A stretch of DNA of 53,745 nt, the filler included, from Basidioascus undulatus (taxonomy: Eukaryota), in the NCBI GenBank assembly GCA_000826855.1. It is 3 parts of 3 records of this genome, joined end to end, with 100 filler letters (N's around TTAATTAATTAA, not from the genome) between each part and the next. Parts side by side here need not be neighbours in the genome. Positions count along the whole stretch, not along the records: positions 35,909 to 53,745 come from JTLS01000507.1; 2 more parts are not named here. One strand, given 5' to 3'. Position numbers and translations under genes: made by a program. The stretch's first letter is position 1. Each line of letters begins with the position of its first letter. Below the pieces are notes generated by a model. It was not told the origin of the DNA. It did no database searches and saw only the letters and a list, made by a program, of their open reading frames with translations. Positions 51,034 through 53,745 of the stretch are shown one piece after another.

Positions 51034-52241
51034 GCCCGCTGGCGAAACTCCCGCCGAAGGCTAGCCAGTCGTGTACACCATTCACGGTGGTTTGGCTCCG
51101 CTACCTTTGAGGAGGCCAATACCCGTTTCTGCACAGCGAAGGCGGCGTCGTTTCCCCCGAGTACCGAATGGCTCCGGAAGCCCGTGAGTCTTCAGGACTG
51201 CCCTCCAACCACTTTCGAAACGCTTTCCAGCTTTACCCCGCAGCAATTGAGGACGTATGCTGCATTTTGGACTTCGCCTGTCGTGGAAGACCGTGCTGAA
51301 CCTGGAATGGTCGCAGTGCTGGGAGGTCCTGTTGTGGATCTGGGAGCAAGGCAAGCAGCTTCTCCAGGTAGACCTTTCACGCATGTGGGTGTTACTCTCC
51401 CGCTCCCAGTGTATGTTGAAATCGCCAATCTAGAGTGTTTAATACACTCCAGTGTCATTGGCGGCGCCTCTGCAGGCGGGCATCTGTCGTCCACCATGAT
51501 CAACATGCTCCTTGACGAGCTCAACGCGCCGAAGAACCTCAAGTTCCGCCTGAATCTGATGAGCGTTGTATGTCTAATGAGTAACTGGAGTCTCCGCTTT
51601 TTCCTGAACTGGCCGGAAGTCCCTTTCGCCAGCCTGTCGTGGACAACACCGCAGCCAAGCCCGGCCGGGGCAGCCCGACCTGGAACAACTACCCGTCCTG
51701 GGAAGAGAACAAGGACGCGCCGGCCTTGCCCAAGGAGAAGATGCTCTGGTACCGCAACCTGTTCATCCCTTCGCCCTCTCTTTCGTGTACGTCCCTGCTG
51801 CGTTCCTGTTCCCGGTCATGTCGGCTGATGCCACTTTGCAGCTCGACTGGCGCGCCAGCCCGATTCTGGCTCCGGAGGAGTTTTGGGCACAACGCAAGGA
51901 ACTACTCCCCAATATCCTGTTCCGATATATGAACAAATCACTTACATTCTATTTCTCGACAGACCCTCCCACCTTGGTCAGGGTCTGCGACCTGGACGTG
52001 CTTCGGGACGAGGGGTGAGTACTTCCGCCGCGTCCCGATTGCGTCTTGCATCCATTATACAAATCCGGCACCTCACAGCTTGGCCTTTGCTGCGAAGCTC
52101 AAGAAGGCGGGCGTGCCCGTCAAGGTCGAGGTGTACAAGGGCGTCCCCCACTCCGCGATCCCGCAGGCCGCCGCGCTGGCGGAGGGCGCGCGCTTCCAGG
52201 ACGACTGCATCGAGGCTGTCAGGGCTGCGCTGTGGGACTGA
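51034..52241 (+). pseudogene. HSL-family alpha/beta hydrolase (Abhydrolase_3), 5' part disrupted
   Basis: G*PVVYTIHGG (TAG at 51062-51064), frameshifts after HGG, VVSPEYRMAPE, YPAAIED, IGGASAGGHLS, MLWYRNLF, ASPIL, DLDVLRDEG, YKGVPH. TGA at 52239-52241. True start not located. Confidence 0.75.
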
Positions 52242-53295
52242 GGGGTCTGTCAAGTGATTGGGTATAGAGCTTGTCGTATATCATCTTCGGTACTATTCTG
52301 TGGGGTCACTTCATTCACCTTCCTTGCATTCGGGCATTGTCGCGGGTTGGGCTGCTTGCGCTGGCGTGCGACTGCCGCGAGCAACCGTTCCTCCAGTGAC
52401 TTGTGCTCTAGGCTCAGTGAAGTACACTTCCGGCATTATGCATGAGGGACCTCTGAGCTTTCTACGTGTTTTTGCTCGTCAAATCCGCAGGGGCTCAGAC
52501 ATACCTCAAACCGCCATACCACCAACGCACTCTGACCCCCACCTTCGTCTACTTACTTCGAGCTGGCTCCCCAGCAGCCCCATACCTAAGATCTTGCTAC
52601 GATGGATAGAGCTCTGCGAACCACTGTCCGGCTTGCTTATCAGTCCAAGTCAGTCCCTGCGGAAGGACTGCCACGCGAAGCCGGCGCAATCACGTTACCA
52701 GGCGCCCCAGAAGCTCACGGGACGTTCGGTTATTCCGTCGTGTCAGAAGGATCGATCGAAGAGGGGTTCGGGGACGGCTGGGGGTACGGCGCGCGTGCGA
52801 GATCGAACCGGCACCCGCCCCGCGAGCGAGGGGCCGTGCAAGGACCCGGAACCACGTGCTGGGAAAGAAGGAACGACACGCGGAGAGACTCGACGTCCGC
52901 TTAAAATTGAAGTGACATCGAGAGGCAGTGCGAGCTGCAAGCGAGCGATCGAGTGTCGTGTACGATGCGACGAGGCCTGCGCGATCTCGTCAATGAGTGT
53001 GCGTGCGTGCGTGGCGCGCGAGAGCTCGCGGTTCAGTTTTAGTTTCAGCGATGAGATACAAACACGGAAGACGGTCATAGAACGTGAGCCTCACCCCATC
53101 TCCATCCCCATCCCCAACCCAGGCCCCCGGCTGAACGAGCGCAGCCCGGCAGAACGAAAGGTGGTGAGAGGGAAAGAAAGAAAAGGGAGGACCGGCCCTG
53201 GTGCCTCCGATCATCGATGGTGTATCCAGCATCCCCCCTCCTTCATGCGCTCACGCCCCCGGCCGCCCTCTACCTCCCTCATCCGACGCGCCCCC

Positions 53296-53745
53296 TCAGT
53301 TGACCTCCTCCAGCTTGGACTCCTCCTTCTTGTCCTCCTCAACGTCGAAGTTCTCCACCTGCGCCACCAAGCCCTGCACGTCAGCCGGACCGGAGAGAGA
53401 TAGGGGTGGAGATAGAGAAGGGAGGGCGAGGGGGAAGAGGGCAAGGTGGGTTGGGGGAAGAGGAAGGGAAGACGCAACCAAGTCCGGCACGTCATCGTCG
53501 TCGTCCTCATCCTCCTCGCCGGCCGCGCCGCCGGCCTGCTGCTTGCGCGCGGCGGCCTGCTGCTGGCTGTTGAGCGCCTGGTACGACTCTGCGAGCTTGC
53601 GCAGGTTGGCGAGCGAGTCCGCGCCGAGCTGGTTCAGGATCCCGGGGACGAGCTCGGTGAGCTCCTTCTCCTGCGAGCGCCCGTAGATCGCAAAAGTGTT
53701 GGCGTTGATGGCGGCGTGGACTGTGGAGCAGGGGCGGGGGAAGGG
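53296..53745 (-). CDS. EGD1: Nascent polypeptide-associated complex beta subunit (BTF3), 3' part
   Basis: [47 protein letters not shown]...[12 protein letters not shown]. Confidence 0.93.
   Translation of the reverse strand, partial: PFPRPCSTVHAAINANTFAIYGRSQEKELTELVPGILNQLGADSLANLRKLAESYQALNSQQQAAARKQQAGGAAGEEDEDDDDDVPDLVASSLPLPPTHLALFPLALPSLSPPLSLSGPADVQGLVAQVENFDVEEDKKEESKLEEVN

Noticed and set aside
51062..51064. TAG at a probable Trp codon in the esterase as an A-to-I editing-restored stop
   Set aside because: Frameshifts immediately downstream show general decay. Restorative editing of this type is established in filamentous ascomycetes such as Sordariomycetes, not in this apparent lineage.
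52258..53403. 381-aa plus-strand ORF
   Set aside because: No recognisable domain, non-ATG start, and it overlaps the antisense of the EGD1 3' end and UTR.

Overview
Eukaryotic, intron-rich, GC-rich fungal genomic DNA. It is a basidiomycete by inference from the gene content, short GT-AG introns with GTGCGT/GTGAGT donors and GCTGAC/CTAAC branch points, and microexons. The window is a scaffold with two artificial 100-nt N-linker joins. Housekeeping genes: NUP53-like, TIM22, a CofD/YvcK (UPF0052, YNL011C-like) gene, RQC1/TCF25, SCO1, a LYR-motif protein, TOM22, POP1, a universal stress protein, an AlaX-like tRNA editing protein, a DNF1/2-type P4-ATPase and the 3' end of EGD1. Several decayed genes lie between them: a USP paralog, zf-MYND, a UNC-93-like MFS transporter, an HSL-type esterase and F-box/LRR-like relics. 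The standout is a candidate circularly permuted tRNA-Thr(CGU) gene at 22256-22337. Its 3' half lies upstream of its 5' half, it is split at the canonical 37/38 position, a spare A-box lies upstream and a T4 terminator downstream. A broken tRNA-Lys(UUU)-like element lies at 17582-17724 on the minus strand. Gene spans run from start to stop across introns and were assembled by eye, so some internal splice sites and pseudogene ends are approximate.
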